From positions 1 through 64,000 of IMG/VR virus record IMGVR_UViG_3300025789_000822: a stretch of DNA of 64,000 nucleotides. One strand, given 5' to 3'. Below the pieces are notes generated by a model. That model had not been told where the DNA came from. It worked only from the letters and a program-made list of their open reading frames with translations, and made no database searches. Source of the DNA: a virus. The position numbers and the translations under genes were made by a program. Shown one piece after another: positions 29,966-40,488 of this stretch. Every line of letters begins with the position of its first letter. The stretch's first letter is position 1.

Positions 29966-30334
29966 TCATAACACTACATTTCTTTGAACTGCTTGATTGG
30001 GTACAGGGATATTACCGGTACCATACAACGAGGCTTTGCTTCTAAATGTGTTCAGATAATAGCATAATGCATTGCTGGCTTGTAATGTATTGTTTGAACC
30101 CTGAACTGCTTCAAGTAATTGTTGTACAGGGATGTTGGCTTGTTGAGCAATAGAAAAGAATAATGCAGTAAAGTTTGCCGCAATAGTATTATTATCGCTA
30201 ACGCCCTTAAAGTATGAAAATACCAAGTCATACTCTCCACCGTTAACGTGCAATGTGGTACTGTAAAAATTATCAAAAATTCTTACAGTTTGTGAGATAT
30301 GATCTCTTTCAGATGTGATATTTGTATTAGCCAT
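29966..30334 (-). CDS. Hypothetical virion-associated protein
   Basis: 122-aa late, leaderless ORF in the tail cluster. Confidence 0.6.
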   Translation of the reverse strand: MANTNITSERDHISQTVRIFDNFYSTTLHVNGGEYDLVFSYFKGVSDNNTIAANFTALFFSIAQQANIPVQQLLEAVQGSNNTLQASNALCYYLNTFRSKASLYGTGNIPVPNQAVQRNVVL

Positions 30335-30370
30335 AATACTATTTATTCAACAATAATATGATTATTATTC

Positions 30371-31660
30371 TTAATTAGTATTAGTATAGCCTGGAACTAA
30401 ATTTGCGCCATTGTATTGTTGACCTGCTACAGGTTCGTTTGTGATTGGTATTGGTCCAATGGCGCCACCAGTAACTGGGAAGTTTGCAGTATTCAACGGT
30501 CCAGGAGATTGTCCAACACCACTAAAAACAAATTGATTGTTTCGTGAGCCAGCGGTAGCATTTAACAGAGCATTTGGTAACCCTGCATTAATTGCTGATG
30601 CTGGAGCAGGGTTAGGTGATGCATATTGATTGCCATAAGCAACCCCTTGCGCATTAATTGTATTTTGATATAGATTAGGTGTGCCTTGTGTCAATGCACC
30701 ACCTGCTGCCGGAACTAAGCCACCTTGTCCCAATGCATAACCATTTCCACCTGCTGCCATAATAGGACTTGGGGTTCTATCATATGTTGCAGGATCTCCA
30801 AATCCAGTAACGATGTTGCTAGGATCTTTGCCATCTAAATGACCATAATCATACGTTACTGTTTCGTAATCAAATGTCATTTTGTTTTGCATGATACCAT
30901 TAGTTTCATTGTAGTTATAACTATCATGAGAAAAACTAGTAATCATGGGATTAATAAATGTGTAGGCAGTAAAATTATGTTGATTAAATCCAAATACAGT
31001 TATACTATCAAAGAAAGGTACTTTAACATTAGTGCCACTAGGATACGTACCGTCATACCCCCAACCATTGTCACCTGATATATCGAACTGATAAATATTT
31101 CTATTATTATAATTAATCGCTCCGGCGTTACCGCCTCTAGATCCGTTGAACTGTGCGTTTACATTTAAACTATCTTGATAGTAGTATTGATAATATGATT
31201 GCCACATACCATTAATAGTATCACCGTTGTCATCGTGAAAACTTACTTCAACAGGTTCATATCTAATTTTTGTTTGTACAATTCTTTTTCTGTTGTACTG
31301 ATTGAGTTGAGTTGTATTAATACTAAAAGTTGGAAGTTTTATATCTTTAACTAAAACGCCATAGTCACTAGTAGGTAACACATTAGTACCACTACGACCA
31401 CCATTAAAAAACTGCATAGCAGCCGCATTAATTTTAAAATATGTGTGAAATAGATACTTGAATTTAGGAGCATTCTGATAAGAATTAGTCCTAAAGATTT
31501 TGCTTGCGTGAGTATAATCACGTAGGTATTCGCCGAAATAAGAACCAGTCTGTGTTCTCGGGCCAGAGTATCCTGTACCATTAAGTACAGCACCTCCGGC
31601 CAAAGCCCCTACTGCCCCTATTGCGGCGTTTACTAAAAGGTTTTGATTAAACCCTGACAT
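30371..31660 (-). CDS. Tail-tube-fold paralogue (baseplate-tube initiator-like)
   Basis: VLVKDIKLP...NQYNRKR..QTKI.YEPV.VSFHDD...MTFDYE, adjacent to the tube gene. Confidence 0.6.
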   Translation of the reverse strand: MSGFNQNLLVNAAIGAVGALAGGAVLNGTGYSGPRTQTGSYFGEYLRDYTHASKIFRTNSYQNAPKFKYLFHTYFKINAAAMQFFNGGRSGTNVLPTSDYGVLVKDIKLPTFSINTTQLNQYNRKRIVQTKIRYEPVEVSFHDDNGDTINGMWQSYYQYYYQDSLNVNAQFNGSRGGNAGAINYNNRNIYQFDISGDNGWGYDGTYPSGTNVKVPFFDSITVFGFNQHNFTAYTFINPMITSFSHDSYNYNETNGIMQNKMTFDYETVTYDYGHLDGKDPSNIVTGFGDPATYDRTPSPIMAAGGNGYALGQGGLVPAAGGALTQGTPNLYQNTINAQGVAYGNQYASPNPAPASAINAGLPNALLNATAGSRNNQFVFSGVGQSPGPLNTANFPVTGGAIGPIPITNEPVAGQQYNGANLVPGYTNTN

Positions 31661-31672
31661 TGTTATTCAATG

Positions 31673-32305
31673 TTACTGACCAATACCAGTTACAGAATCA
31701 CCTGTTTGACGTTGTACACCTGGCGTACCAACACCAGAACCAAGTGGCGCTTGAATTGCGTTATCAAAACGTAATGTCAATGCAACTGTTACTGCATCGC
31801 TTGTGCCATAGTTCAATGTTTGATAGTTAACTTGTTGAATATAGCACCCATACAATTCCCATGTTTCTAACACAGCAGGAACAGCAGTGCCGTTACCACC
31901 ATCAAGAATTTGAATGTTAGTTTGGAATTTATAATCTTGACCAGTAGCTGCTGATGCTTGTTCAACAAAGTCAAATTGTTTCTGAATTTGTGAACCAACT
32001 GCAAGTGCAACGGTACCAGATGCATCATCACGAATGTTGATTGCAAGTGTCTGCCATTTTGGTTTACCTGCTAGATACATTGTTGAGTTATATACGTTTA
32101 ATGTAATATCGTCAAATTGTACTTGCGGTCTTGCGCAATCGATAACTTGTTTAGTCAAACTTAGACCCTGTGTTGCGCTTGCACCAAAATTTAGAAAGTC
32201 AACTCTGAATCTAAATTGTAGTTTAGGCATCAACAGACCTTGGTTGCCGCCTGATGTATCTCCTGCGACTGTCATGTTGAACAATGATTGTGAGGCTGTT
32301 GCCAT
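31673..32305 (-). CDS. Tail tube protein (gp19-like)
   Basis: PKLQFRFRV, RP.V.F, YLAGKPKWQTL, ETWELYGC, LNY...LTLRFDNA. Follows the sheath gene. Confidence 0.88.
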   Translation of the reverse strand: MATASQSLFNMTVAGDTSGGNQGLLMPKLQFRFRVDFLNFGASATQGLSLTKQVIDCARPQVQFDDITLNVYNSTMYLAGKPKWQTLAINIRDDASGTVALAVGSQIQKQFDFVEQASAATGQDYKFQTNIQILDGGNGTAVPAVLETWELYGCYIQQVNYQTLNYGTSDAVTVALTLRFDNAIQAPLGSGVGTPGVQRQTGDSVTGIGQ

Positions 32306-32337
32306 TTTTTATCTCCTATATATGTATTTATCAATTT

Positions 32338-32361
32338 ATGATACCCCTTTCGGGGTATCAT
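32338..32361. terminator. Hairpin/terminator between sheath and tube genes
   Basis: ATGATACCCC-tttc-GGGGTATCAT. Confidence 0.7.
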
Positions 32362-32367
32362 TTTCTA

Positions 32368-35300
32368 TTACTTAGAACCACCTTGACCACCTAGTGTTCC
32401 TGTTGCCAAGATACGTACTGGGATATAGATGAATTCAACTGCCTTCACGGGTTCGATTGCAACGTCTACCCAAAGTTCGTTAGCATCGATTGTTGCAGGA
32501 GTATTGTTACTGTTATCACAAACTACCAAGTAGTCATAGATACCGCGTTTCGCTACTAAGTCAACAAGCAATGTTTGTACAACACCAGAAATCTGTGTTC
32601 TTGTTAGTGCATCATTAGGTTCAAAGATGAACGGTCTTGCTGCAACTGCCAAGTTGTAACGTAGATAGCAGATAAGTCTTGCAACGTTAATTCTATCTAA
32701 TGCAGATTGTGATGCATAGCTTGAAATGTTACCGAAACTTAACAATCCATTACCAGTAAAGAATACTAGTGGGTTGATGTTGTTAGTATACAATACATCT
32801 CTGATTCCTTGACTTGTTTTAACTGTTACAAAGTCACCTGTTGTAGCATCGATATAACCAATATTAGTTGCATTATCGATAATACCACGGCGAGTACCAG
32901 CTGCTGCCAACCAAGGATAAGCGATTTGATCGTTTCTTAGGAACGTTCTCAACATCATATATGATGGGGGAACTGCTACCAAATTACCTTGCAAGTCGTC
33001 AGTAATACCGCTTGGATAGAATAGACCCAAGTATGTGTTACGTGTTACACAACCATCAACACCAGTTGATGCTGCACCTGCTGCATTTTTAGCCCATGCT
33101 GCAATTGCTGTGCCATTAGCAGGTAATGTCATTGGAGTATCACCAACGATGAATGCTGTGTCACCGCGATCATCATTCAATGTTACCATATCTGGTTGCA
33201 ATTCGCAATAGTTTGGTGCTGCCATTAAGTTGAAGAAGTTATCTTCATCTCTGATCGCTTGGTTAGTTGAAATTGTTGCTCTCATAGCAGTAACAACCAT
33301 GTTACGTTGTGCTGCTGCACCAAAGTAAGGTACGCCTGTTGTTGCGTTTGCACCTGATACAGATACCCATGCATCTTGATATTCAGGGATTGTTGAGTCA
33401 GGGAATCTAACGCTATTGAAGTAATCTGGACGATACTGTTTAACGTTATAACCTGAACGTCTTGTGTTGAACAACAATGTTCCAACTGGATACAAACTTG
33501 AATCTGGGCAATCCAAATCAATGTAATCGCTCATCAACAAATCTGCGATTGCTGGGATAGGATCATCAATTGGGCTTGTGTCACCGTTAGTTGCCCAACG
33601 TGCATCAGCAAACAAGATACCTTGTGAGTTTACACGGTCAGCATTGTCAATTACAACCCATTGATCAACATTGTTAACTGATTGCCAACGACTGATGATT
33701 GGATAGTTAACTAAATCTAATGTGTTAACCCAAAGATCACCGTAAGCAAGAGCAGTTACGCCGTCGCTTTGTGTTGTTGGAGCAGTTGCTGAACAGATAG
33801 GACCGTTAGGGTCAGTTGTGTTTGAACCACTTGTTGGGAAACCATTTGAATCATAGTTAGTATTACCATAACCAGTCCAATATGAATTCACACTATTTGG
33901 ATTATCTGTGTTAGGAACATTAGTTCTAACCATGATATCTACTTGGTCAACTACTGAGTAGAACCAGTTAGTATTAGCTGCAGGAGCTGCTACTGGAGCA
34001 CCACCGCTTGGTACTAATGTGAAATCTACCCAATTTGAAAGTTGAACATTATAAGTTTCAGCACCCATACCAGATACATAAGTTAAACCTGTTACTGCGC
34101 CGCTACCATTTACTGAAACAACTCTAACAACTAAGTCGTTTGCAGGATGACTACCGCCCATTGACACGCCACTGAACGTTACTGTATCACCTACAGCGTA
34201 GCCAGAGCCGGCTGCTGCAAATGTTGTTGGAGAAACATTATAGATAGTATTAATATTTGTAACGTTAATTTGCAAACTAGTACCAACACCTGAAGTTGAT
34301 GCTTGAGTTGGGGTGAATGAAATACCTGCATTTGCATTAGACAAGTTGTTTGAAACAAACGGACCTGTTTTAACAAATGCAGTTGTTCCTGATACAAAAC
34401 CTGCGGCTGCTAATACACCACTGCTTAGACCAGTTGATAACACGCAGTCATTCATTACGATAACACCACCTGATGTTTGCTCAATGACAATAGCACCTGA
34501 TGTTGCAACACTTGCGGTTGTGAATGGAATAGCTGCTGCTTGCCATGCTGTTACAAATTGTGTAGCATTGCATGTGCTTGGAATGTTAACAGTATATACT
34601 GAACTTAATGATCCTGTACCTGGAATGCTTGATTGTACATAAATGTGTGTAGCACCACTTGTCCAGTCAAAGTCAGTTACAGTACCTGTAGCAATTGTTG
34701 CACCTGTTGCAACACGTTCCCAATAATAGATTGGACCTTGTGCTGCTGGAATTGTTGCTGTAGGAACAAAGTTAGAATTGTATTGTGCATACACAGTACC
34801 AGCTGGAATCAATGCTCCGCCGGTTGCATCTAAACTTTCAATTACGTCCCAGTCGCTTGTTGCCAAATTAGCAGTTTTTGCCTTCCAACTAGCAGTTGTA
34901 GCAGACCATTCACTAATAACAGGGTTAAAACCGTTACCTGAAGAACCTACTTTTAACCATACAGAACCGCCCGGAGCTGGGAATTGCTGACTTGCTTGCC
35001 ACAATGGTTGTTGAGCAGAAGTACCATAGAAGAATTGTGGTTGGTAGTAGTTACCAGATTCAATTCCCAATTGTGACAATGCTGTACCAGAAATTGTCAA
35101 ATATTTAGGATTTACACTTGTACTTCCACCTGTTTGTGATGAATAAATGTTTAATTTGCCACTTACAACGCTTGCTGTTACATAACCAAGACCTAATGCA
35201 TTGATTTGACTCGCTAATACTGAAACTACATTATTTGGTGAAGATTCTACAGTAACTGTAACTGAACCACCACCGCTGATATTAAGTGATAGTGTGTTTC

Positions 35301-36018
35301 CTGCACTCAACGTTGGGTTACTATTTGTACCTCTAATAGTTGGCCATGAATTTAACCATGCTTGTGAACCAACCGATACCCAAGTGTTAGTTGAATTCTT
35401 AAAAAAGAATGTTTGTGCACTTGCTTGATCAGGGTCATTGTAGTTAGGAATAGAATTGACAGCATATTGGCCGATTGAACCAATGCTGCTTAATGGAACT
35501 CCACCTGACAATTGTGATGTGTTGTTGATTACAATAGGAGCTTGTGATTGGAAAGCACCTGTTGATGCATCAAATTCATTGATACCCCATGTTGTTGTAG
35601 TTGTGTTCAACCAATATGTACCATCAGCTGGGTTGCCACTTGGACGACCTGTTTGACCAACTAAACTTGCCAAGTCAATATCTGCTCTCAAGCAATAGCA
35701 AGTGTTAGTTACACCTAATGCTGAATAGGCAGTCAATAGACCGTATTCGTTTAATTCATATCCTTGAATTGGAACACCGTTTGATGTTGTATAGAAGAAT
35801 GGAGTGCCGTATGTTTGTACAAGGTCACGTTGACTTGTAATCAAATATAGTTGACCTGCATTTGCAGCAGTAGTACCTGGTGCAACACCAGTACCTGTTG
35901 GATCTGCTTTATTTGCCGCTGTCGCCAAAATGACTAACGGTGTTGAGTTTGTTGCGGCTGGTAGATATTGACTTTGATCAATGATATCTACTTGTACGCC
36001 TGGAGATACTAGTGCCAT
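32368..36018 (-). CDS. Contractile tail sheath protein (gp18-like), enlarged
   Basis: MALVSPGVQV, VPPS, YPWLAAAG.RRG, LY.NNINP, DRINVARL, FEPND..TR, V.CD.SNNT...ID.NEL.VD..IEPVK.VEFIYI. Confidence 0.95.
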   Translation of the reverse strand: MALVSPGVQVDIIDQSQYLPAATNSTPLVILATAANKADPTGTGVAPGTTAANAGQLYLITSQRDLVQTYGTPFFYTTSNGVPIQGYELNEYGLLTAYSALGVTNTCYCLRADIDLASLVGQTGRPSGNPADGTYWLNTTTTTWGINEFDASTGAFQSQAPIVINNTSQLSGGVPLSSIGSIGQYAVNSIPNYNDPDQASAQTFFFKNSTNTWVSVGSQAWLNSWPTIRGTNSNPTLSAGNTLSLNISGGGSVTVTVESSPNNVVSVLASQINALGLGYVTASVVSGKLNIYSSQTGGSTSVNPKYLTISGTALSQLGIESGNYYQPQFFYGTSAQQPLWQASQQFPAPGGSVWLKVGSSGNGFNPVISEWSATTASWKAKTANLATSDWDVIESLDATGGALIPAGTVYAQYNSNFVPTATIPAAQGPIYYWERVATGATIATGTVTDFDWTSGATHIYVQSSIPGTGSLSSVYTVNIPSTCNATQFVTAWQAAAIPFTTASVATSGAIVIEQTSGGVIVMNDCVLSTGLSSGVLAAAGFVSGTTAFVKTGPFVSNNLSNANAGISFTPTQASTSGVGTSLQINVTNINTIYNVSPTTFAAAGSGYAVGDTVTFSGVSMGGSHPANDLVVRVVSVNGSGAVTGLTYVSGMGAETYNVQLSNWVDFTLVPSGGAPVAAPAANTNWFYSVVDQVDIMVRTNVPNTDNPNSVNSYWTGYGNTNYDSNGFPTSGSNTTDPNGPICSATAPTTQSDGVTALAYGDLWVNTLDLVNYPIISRWQSVNNVDQWVVIDNADRVNSQGILFADARWATNGDTSPIDDPIPAIADLLMSDYIDLDCPDSSLYPVGTLLFNTRRSGYNVKQYRPDYFNSVRFPDSTIPEYQDAWVSVSGANATTGVPYFGAAAQRNMVVTAMRATISTNQAIRDEDNFFNLMAAPNYCELQPDMVTLNDDRGDTAFIVGDTPMTLPANGTAIAAWAKNAAGAASTGVDGCVTRNTYLGLFYPSGITDDLQGNLVAVPPSYMMLRTFLRNDQIAYPWLAAAGTRRGIIDNATNIGYIDATTGDFVTVKTSQGIRDVLYTNNINPLVFFTGNGLLSFGNISSYASQSALDRINVARLICYLRYNLAVAARPFIFEPNDALTRTQISGVVQTLLVDLVAKRGIYDYLVVCDNSNNTPATIDANELWVDVAIEPVKAVEFIYIPVRILATGTLGGQGGSK

Positions 36019-36136
36019 AATAAAATTTCCTTTTGTAAAATTATGAGGTTTACCACCTAAGTTGTAATATTATTTAGTATAAAATCAAAAAAACACCGTA
36101 TTAACGAACCTTCGAAGGTTAATTTATAAATAGAAG

Positions 36137-36493
36137 ATGATTAATAGACCTATATGCAACACATGCAATAAAAATTACTGTGCCGTCAACTATAAACGTG
36201 ACGGAGTGACGCATTATAGAAGTATATGCGATAGTTGTGGTAAATTAAAAACAAAAAAGAAACCCAGAATTAGTAACTGGGAACGTGCAGGGTATAAAAA
36301 GAAAACCACATGTGACTTATGTGGTTTCAAAGCATTATACACTACACAAATCACCGTGTTTCATATTGACGGTGATTTGACTAATGTTAACTTTACTAAT
36401 CTACGTAGTGTGTGTCTTAACTGCATTGAAGTAGTTAAGAAGAAAGAAGTTAACTGGAAGCGCGGAGATTTACAAGTTGACTATAGACTCTAA
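36137..36493 (+). CDS. Zn-finger/HNH-like protein
   Basis: Four CxxC pairs and VFHIDGDLTN...NL..VCLNC. TATAAATA 4 nt upstream of ATG. Confidence 0.65.
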   Translation: MINRPICNTCNKNYCAVNYKRDGVTHYRSICDSCGKLKTKKKPRISNWERAGYKKKTTCDLCGFKALYTTQITVFHIDGDLTNVNFTNLRSVCLNCIEVVKKKEVNWKRGDLQVDYRL

Positions 36494-37105
36494 CTGTTTG
36501 TGCAAGTCATCAATTGTGCCATTGTTGTCAACATAATGATCATAGTTTAATCCTACACTACTATACTCACTGGCATGAATCTTGAGGTCATCAAGTTTCT
36601 TTTTACTTAATGCCCAAGACATATTACCAATCTCGCCTTTATTGAAAGAAACTGCATCATCGTACCAGCTAGGTTTTTCACCACGCTCGATACGCATAGT
36701 AAGTCCACCTGCATTTTTAATGGCTTCAATTTCATTGGTAAATCTGCAATCAGTAATGACGATATCTTCCTTACTGTTTCTAAGTTTGTTTTCTACACTG
36801 GCTACCCAAATGCCTTCATTAAATCCTTTGCGACAAACTTCAGTGCCCCAAAATTGTAATACCCATCTAGGAGTTAATGTAGGAATATTTAATCGTTCTG
36901 CCCACCACGGGTCAACTTGTTCTCGCCACTCACGACTTGCTTTTGTTGACCCTTCAAGTAATTCACGGTCCCAACCAAAGATTGCTGACACAGCATCTTT
37001 AAGTGCACCTGCATAACTTAATTTTTTGAAACCATGAAAACGAATTAGGTAGTCTGCGGCTGTATCTTTGCCACTACCAATAAAACCTGTAATACCAATA
37101 ATCAT
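36470..37105 (-). CDS. Deoxynucleoside monophosphate kinase (gp1-like)
   Basis: IIGITGFIGSGKDT, R.VLQFWGTE, VITDCRF.NE, HASE. Start at ATG 37105 after AGGAG. Confidence 0.9.
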   Translation of the reverse strand: MIIGITGFIGSGKDTAADYLIRFHGFKKLSYAGALKDAVSAIFGWDRELLEGSTKASREWREQVDPWWAERLNIPTLTPRWVLQFWGTEVCRKGFNEGIWVASVENKLRNSKEDIVITDCRFTNEIEAIKNAGGLTMRIERGEKPSWYDDAVSFNKGEIGNMSWALSKKKLDDLKIHASEYSSVGLNYDHYVDNNGTIDDLHKQLESIVNL

Positions 37106-37129
37106 TGGGGCATCTCCTATAATATTATG

Positions 37130-37158
37130 ATTGTATGACAATATTTGGAGAATGTCAA
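37130..37158 (-). promoter_or_regulatory. sigma70-type promoter for dNMP kinase
   Basis: TTGACA-17 nt-TACAAT. Confidence 0.75.
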
Positions 37159-37166
37159 CTATTATT

Positions 37167-37961
37167 TTACCCTTGAATCCATGTCAACGGTTGACTGTAA
37201 TCAACATATCGTTTCAATTCGTCAATTAACACTTCTTGTGCTTTAGAGCCTTCTGCTTTCATGGCAGTACCGTTCAATGTTGTGCCGCCACCCGGACCTG
37301 CAATGCTGCCGAACTTCTCACGTGCTTCACCAATAATAACTTTACATTGTGCTAAAATAAAGTCACCGATCCACACACCAGCGCCTGGGTCTTGTAGTAA
37401 CACTGCTTCAGGGCGTTGCACATCTGCCCAAACAAGAATACGCTCACCTGAACCCTTGAAATCACGTGTAATTCTAAGAACCTTAGTAACAGGATCAAAT
37501 GTGTATGTCAAGAACCCACCAAACATACGTGCGGCTAATTCAACATAACCTGCATAAAAGTCATATGTTGCCATACCACCTGTATAGTTATAGTTTAACA
37601 AATATGTGTTAAGAATAGCACTACTGAATGGGTCAAAACTGCTTGAACTTGGACCTGTTTCAAGACCAATACTACGTCTGAATAATTGTCTAACGTTAAT
37701 AAATTCTTGAGGCAATGTGTAAGTGTCCACATTCTCAACAACTGTCATTAGTGTGTATGATTCTTGTGTGGCATTTTGTGCACGTTGACGATATACTTTG
37801 ATAGCATAGTTATATGCGGCCTCATAATGCTCAGGATCAAGTTCCAAATCAATAATACCACCACCTAAACGATAAGTGATGTTATTAAATAATGCTTGTT
37901 TTAATTCTTCTAAGTTATAACTAGTTGGTGTACTTAAATAACTGGCTGTGCTACTTGGCAT
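37167..37961 (-). CDS. Neck protein (gp13-like)
   Basis: LKQ....RLGGGIIDLELDPEH, K.IIG..R.KF....GPGG.TLNG..M..E. Confidence 0.8.
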   Translation of the reverse strand: MPSSTASYLSTPTSYNLEELKQALFNNITYRLGGGIIDLELDPEHYEAAYNYAIKVYRQRAQNATQESYTLMTVVENVDTYTLPQEFINVRQLFRRSIGLETGPSSSSFDPFSSAILNTYLLNYNYTGGMATYDFYAGYVELAARMFGGFLTYTFDPVTKVLRITRDFKGSGERILVWADVQRPEAVLLQDPGAGVWIGDFILAQCKVIIGEAREKFGSIAGPGGGTTLNGTAMKAEGSKAQEVLIDELKRYVDYSQPLTWIQG

Positions 37962-37993
37962 AATAATCCCCTGTTGCTATTATTTATCAGGGA

Positions 37994-38407
37994 TTATAGG
38001 TCTCCATCTTTTCGGTTCTCGCTGTAAAATGCGTCAAACTGTCCACCGGGATATCGTGCCTCTAATTTTTTAACATTCTCAGCAACAACATCATTGGGAT
38101 CAAGATTTAGTGCACGACATGCATTAACCCAGTACCACATAATATCACCCAATTCACGTTTCATGTGAAAAATGTTTTCATCAGTTAGTGGTTTACCTTG
38201 AAAGAAAACCTTCTTGGGAATTTCAATAAACTCACCACTTTCAGCCGCAAGTCCTAAACATGCAGTCAATAGCAAACTAACATTTATATTAGTTGTATTA
38301 CGCAGTTCAACGATGCGAGGTAAAAGGTGATCAAAGTTATTTGATTCTTTGCTGGTTACAGCATTAACGAATTCGGTGTATTTGTTTAAATCAATATTTT
38401 GTGTCAT
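37994..38407 (-). CDS. mazG: MazG-like NTP pyrophosphohydrolase
   Basis: GLAAESGEFIEIPKK, RELGDIMWY, NVKKLEARYP. Confidence 0.88.
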   Translation of the reverse strand: MTQNIDLNKYTEFVNAVTSKESNNFDHLLPRIVELRNTTNINVSLLLTACLGLAAESGEFIEIPKKVFFQGKPLTDENIFHMKRELGDIMWYWVNACRALNLDPNDVVAENVKKLEARYPGGQFDAFYSENRKDGDL

Positions 38408-39140
38408 TGTTTGCCTTTATAAAATTGTATAGTTCGTCTGCATATAGTTGATGAGGGATATCAGAATGATGCCCGTATTTTGCCTTTGAATTAGTATATC
38501 CTAAATTTATATATTTGGGATAAAATGATTCGTTGTTGTTATTATAGTTGTAATACTTGCCTGTGTCAATACTATTCAAGTAAAATTTAAGATATTTTTC
38601 ATTTTCAGGAGAAAACATGTGTATAGTATTACACATTAGGTAATCAATGTTTTTACTCTTAAAAAAATATTGCAATTGCAAAATTAAATTTGCACTGGTG
38701 ATTTCTGTATAAGGTGTTTGGTTAATTACAAACCTACGATAATCTTCTTGTATGTTACGCTCACGTTCAGAATAACCTGTATAGTTTACATTTATCTGCA
38801 AGAAATCAGTAGATGAATTAGAAAACCAATCACAGTATTTTCCATTCTGTTGTTGATGCCATGTTGGGTATTGAAATGGTGCTTCAATACGTGAACTCTC
38901 AGTCCAACCAACAACAACAAATAAGTCACTAGTATCATGCTCACTACAATATTCTAGGACACTCCTAGCAATTGCACTATTAGTGTAACCACTTACTGCA
39001 ATATTAACAGGAGTATATCCTAATTTTTGTGCTAACAAATTACCATAACTATGTTGACGATTGAAGGGGCTGTCTACTTCCCCGTCAATTTCAGAACCAG
39101 CTGAGTGACTACACCCCGCAATTAAACATATTTTACTCAA
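38391..39140 (-). CDS. SGNH/GDSL-like hydrolase or acyltransferase
   Basis: AGCSHSAG, VNIAVSG..N, VGWT..SR, C-terminal GHH...H..YA. Confidence 0.6.
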   Translation of the reverse strand: MSKICLIAGCSHSAGSEIDGEVDSPFNRQHSYGNLLAQKLGYTPVNIAVSGYTNSAIARSVLEYCSEHDTSDLFVVVGWTESSRIEAPFQYPTWHQQQNGKYCDWFSNSSTDFLQINVNYTGYSERERNIQEDYRRFVINQTPYTEITSANLILQLQYFFKSKNIDYLMCNTIHMFSPENEKYLKFYLNSIDTGKYYNYNNNNESFYPKYINLGYTNSKAKYGHHSDIPHQLYADELYNFIKANNDTKY

Positions 39141-40319
39141 TTAAAACGCCTTGAGAATAATCATGTTGTCGTTGAAACGACCATTGGGTGATGTTGCAAC
39201 AGACTTGATTTCTTTAAAGAACTTACGTGCCGCGGGCTTACTACCTGTAAGTGCCTTGATTTGTTCAGCGGGCTTACGTAGTGTTTTAACTTCACTTTGT
39301 TTGGGATCGAATCCTAGCAATGTGTTACCCTTAACTGTAAGTGTCTTGCTATATTCATCGGCAACATAATGATGCATTTTACGTCTTGCTGTATCATAGA
39401 CCCAAGCCTCATTACATTGATGTAGTTTAACAGGACTCAAACCAACCAAATCAACCTTTGTAGCATCATCCTTGAATGTTTTCAAGTGTTTCAGTTTGCT
39501 TACAATCTTTTCTACAGGTACTGCCTTGCGTTTGCGTGGTGCCTTGCTTGCCTTCTTAACACTTGCATAACCATTTAGATCGGCAATCACAGATTCAATG
39601 AACTTAATCATATAGCGAACCTGCATTTTGCTCATGTGAGCATAGGCTTCAACTAATTGTGCATCTTTGCCAAGTTGCAATTCAGTAAATTCATTTAATA
39701 CATTTTCCCAATGTTTAATAATTGGGGTAATATGTTGAGGTAAAATGTTGCGTTCGCCTAATTCTGAACTAACACGTTTTTTAGTTTCAAAGTCTTTGGG
39801 GTATCCTGCTAAACAGAATTCATCCATCAAGCCTTCTAATTCACCTGCGGCTTCACCTGCTTTTTCACGCATGATTTCCTGAATGTTCTTGCGTTCAACT
39901 TTAGGCTTATCATCTTCAATGACTTCATTTTTTTCTTCACCTTTACCCAATTGAACCAGTCGGTCGATCTGGTCGTCAAGCAACATTTTTTCACGCTCAT
40001 TGAATTGCAAACCACGCAATGACAACCGTGCCATCCAACCCCAAGAGGTGTGCACTTTAGTGTCAGGGGCCTTTTTAACAAACTTGATTTTGTCTTTACC
40101 CTCGTTAGCCTCAAGATATTGAATCATAAAGTCTTTGGCATCAGGCTGTGAATAGAATCGTGAGTACCAATTAAATGCTTGTCCTAGTTGACCTTGCCGT
40201 TTGTCCTCTGCAGGTTGTGTTTCAAATAGTGGTTCAGAACCATAATATTGTGCATCAACATCTTTAGGTGTAAGGTCACGCACAAAAGAATGTGTTTGAT
40301 AAGCGGGTTTGCGAGCCAT
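39141..40319 (-). CDS. Hypothetical basic protein (early and late promoters)
   Basis: 392-aa ORF with GGAG SD. Confidence 0.7.
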   Translation of the reverse strand: MARKPAYQTHSFVRDLTPKDVDAQYYGSEPLFETQPAEDKRQGQLGQAFNWYSRFYSQPDAKDFMIQYLEANEGKDKIKFVKKAPDTKVHTSWGWMARLSLRGLQFNEREKMLLDDQIDRLVQLGKGEEKNEVIEDDKPKVERKNIQEIMREKAGEAAGELEGLMDEFCLAGYPKDFETKKRVSSELGERNILPQHITPIIKHWENVLNEFTELQLGKDAQLVEAYAHMSKMQVRYMIKFIESVIADLNGYASVKKASKAPRKRKAVPVEKIVSKLKHLKTFKDDATKVDLVGLSPVKLHQCNEAWVYDTARRKMHHYVADEYSKTLTVKGNTLLGFDPKQSEVKTLRKPAEQIKALTGSKPAARKFFKEIKSVATSPNGRFNDNMIILKAF

Positions 40320-40340
40320 AAAATCTCCATAGTTTCACGA

Positions 40341-40377
40341 TATTTATAAGTATACAGCATATCCGATTTATTGTCAA
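40341..40377 (-). promoter_or_regulatory. Tandem sigma70 promoter and T4-type late promoter
   Basis: TTGACA-17 nt-TATACT immediately followed by TATAAATA. Confidence 0.75.
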
Positions 40378-40412
40378 GCCGTTTGATCCAAAAAATTTCG
40401 ATAAATAACTAT

Positions 40413-40487
40413 ATGCTTACTGATTCTAAATATAAAAAATGGTACTTCTCTATTAAATTGGCTAAAAAACTAGCCGTAGGAGTTTAA
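40413..40487 (+). pseudogene. 24-codon mini-ORF, probable homing-endonuclease remnant
   Basis: MLTDSKYKKWYFSIKLAKKLAVGV*, 5 nt after TAAATA. Stop lies 1 nt before the GTG of the neck gene. Confidence 0.5.
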
Positions 40488-40488
40488 C

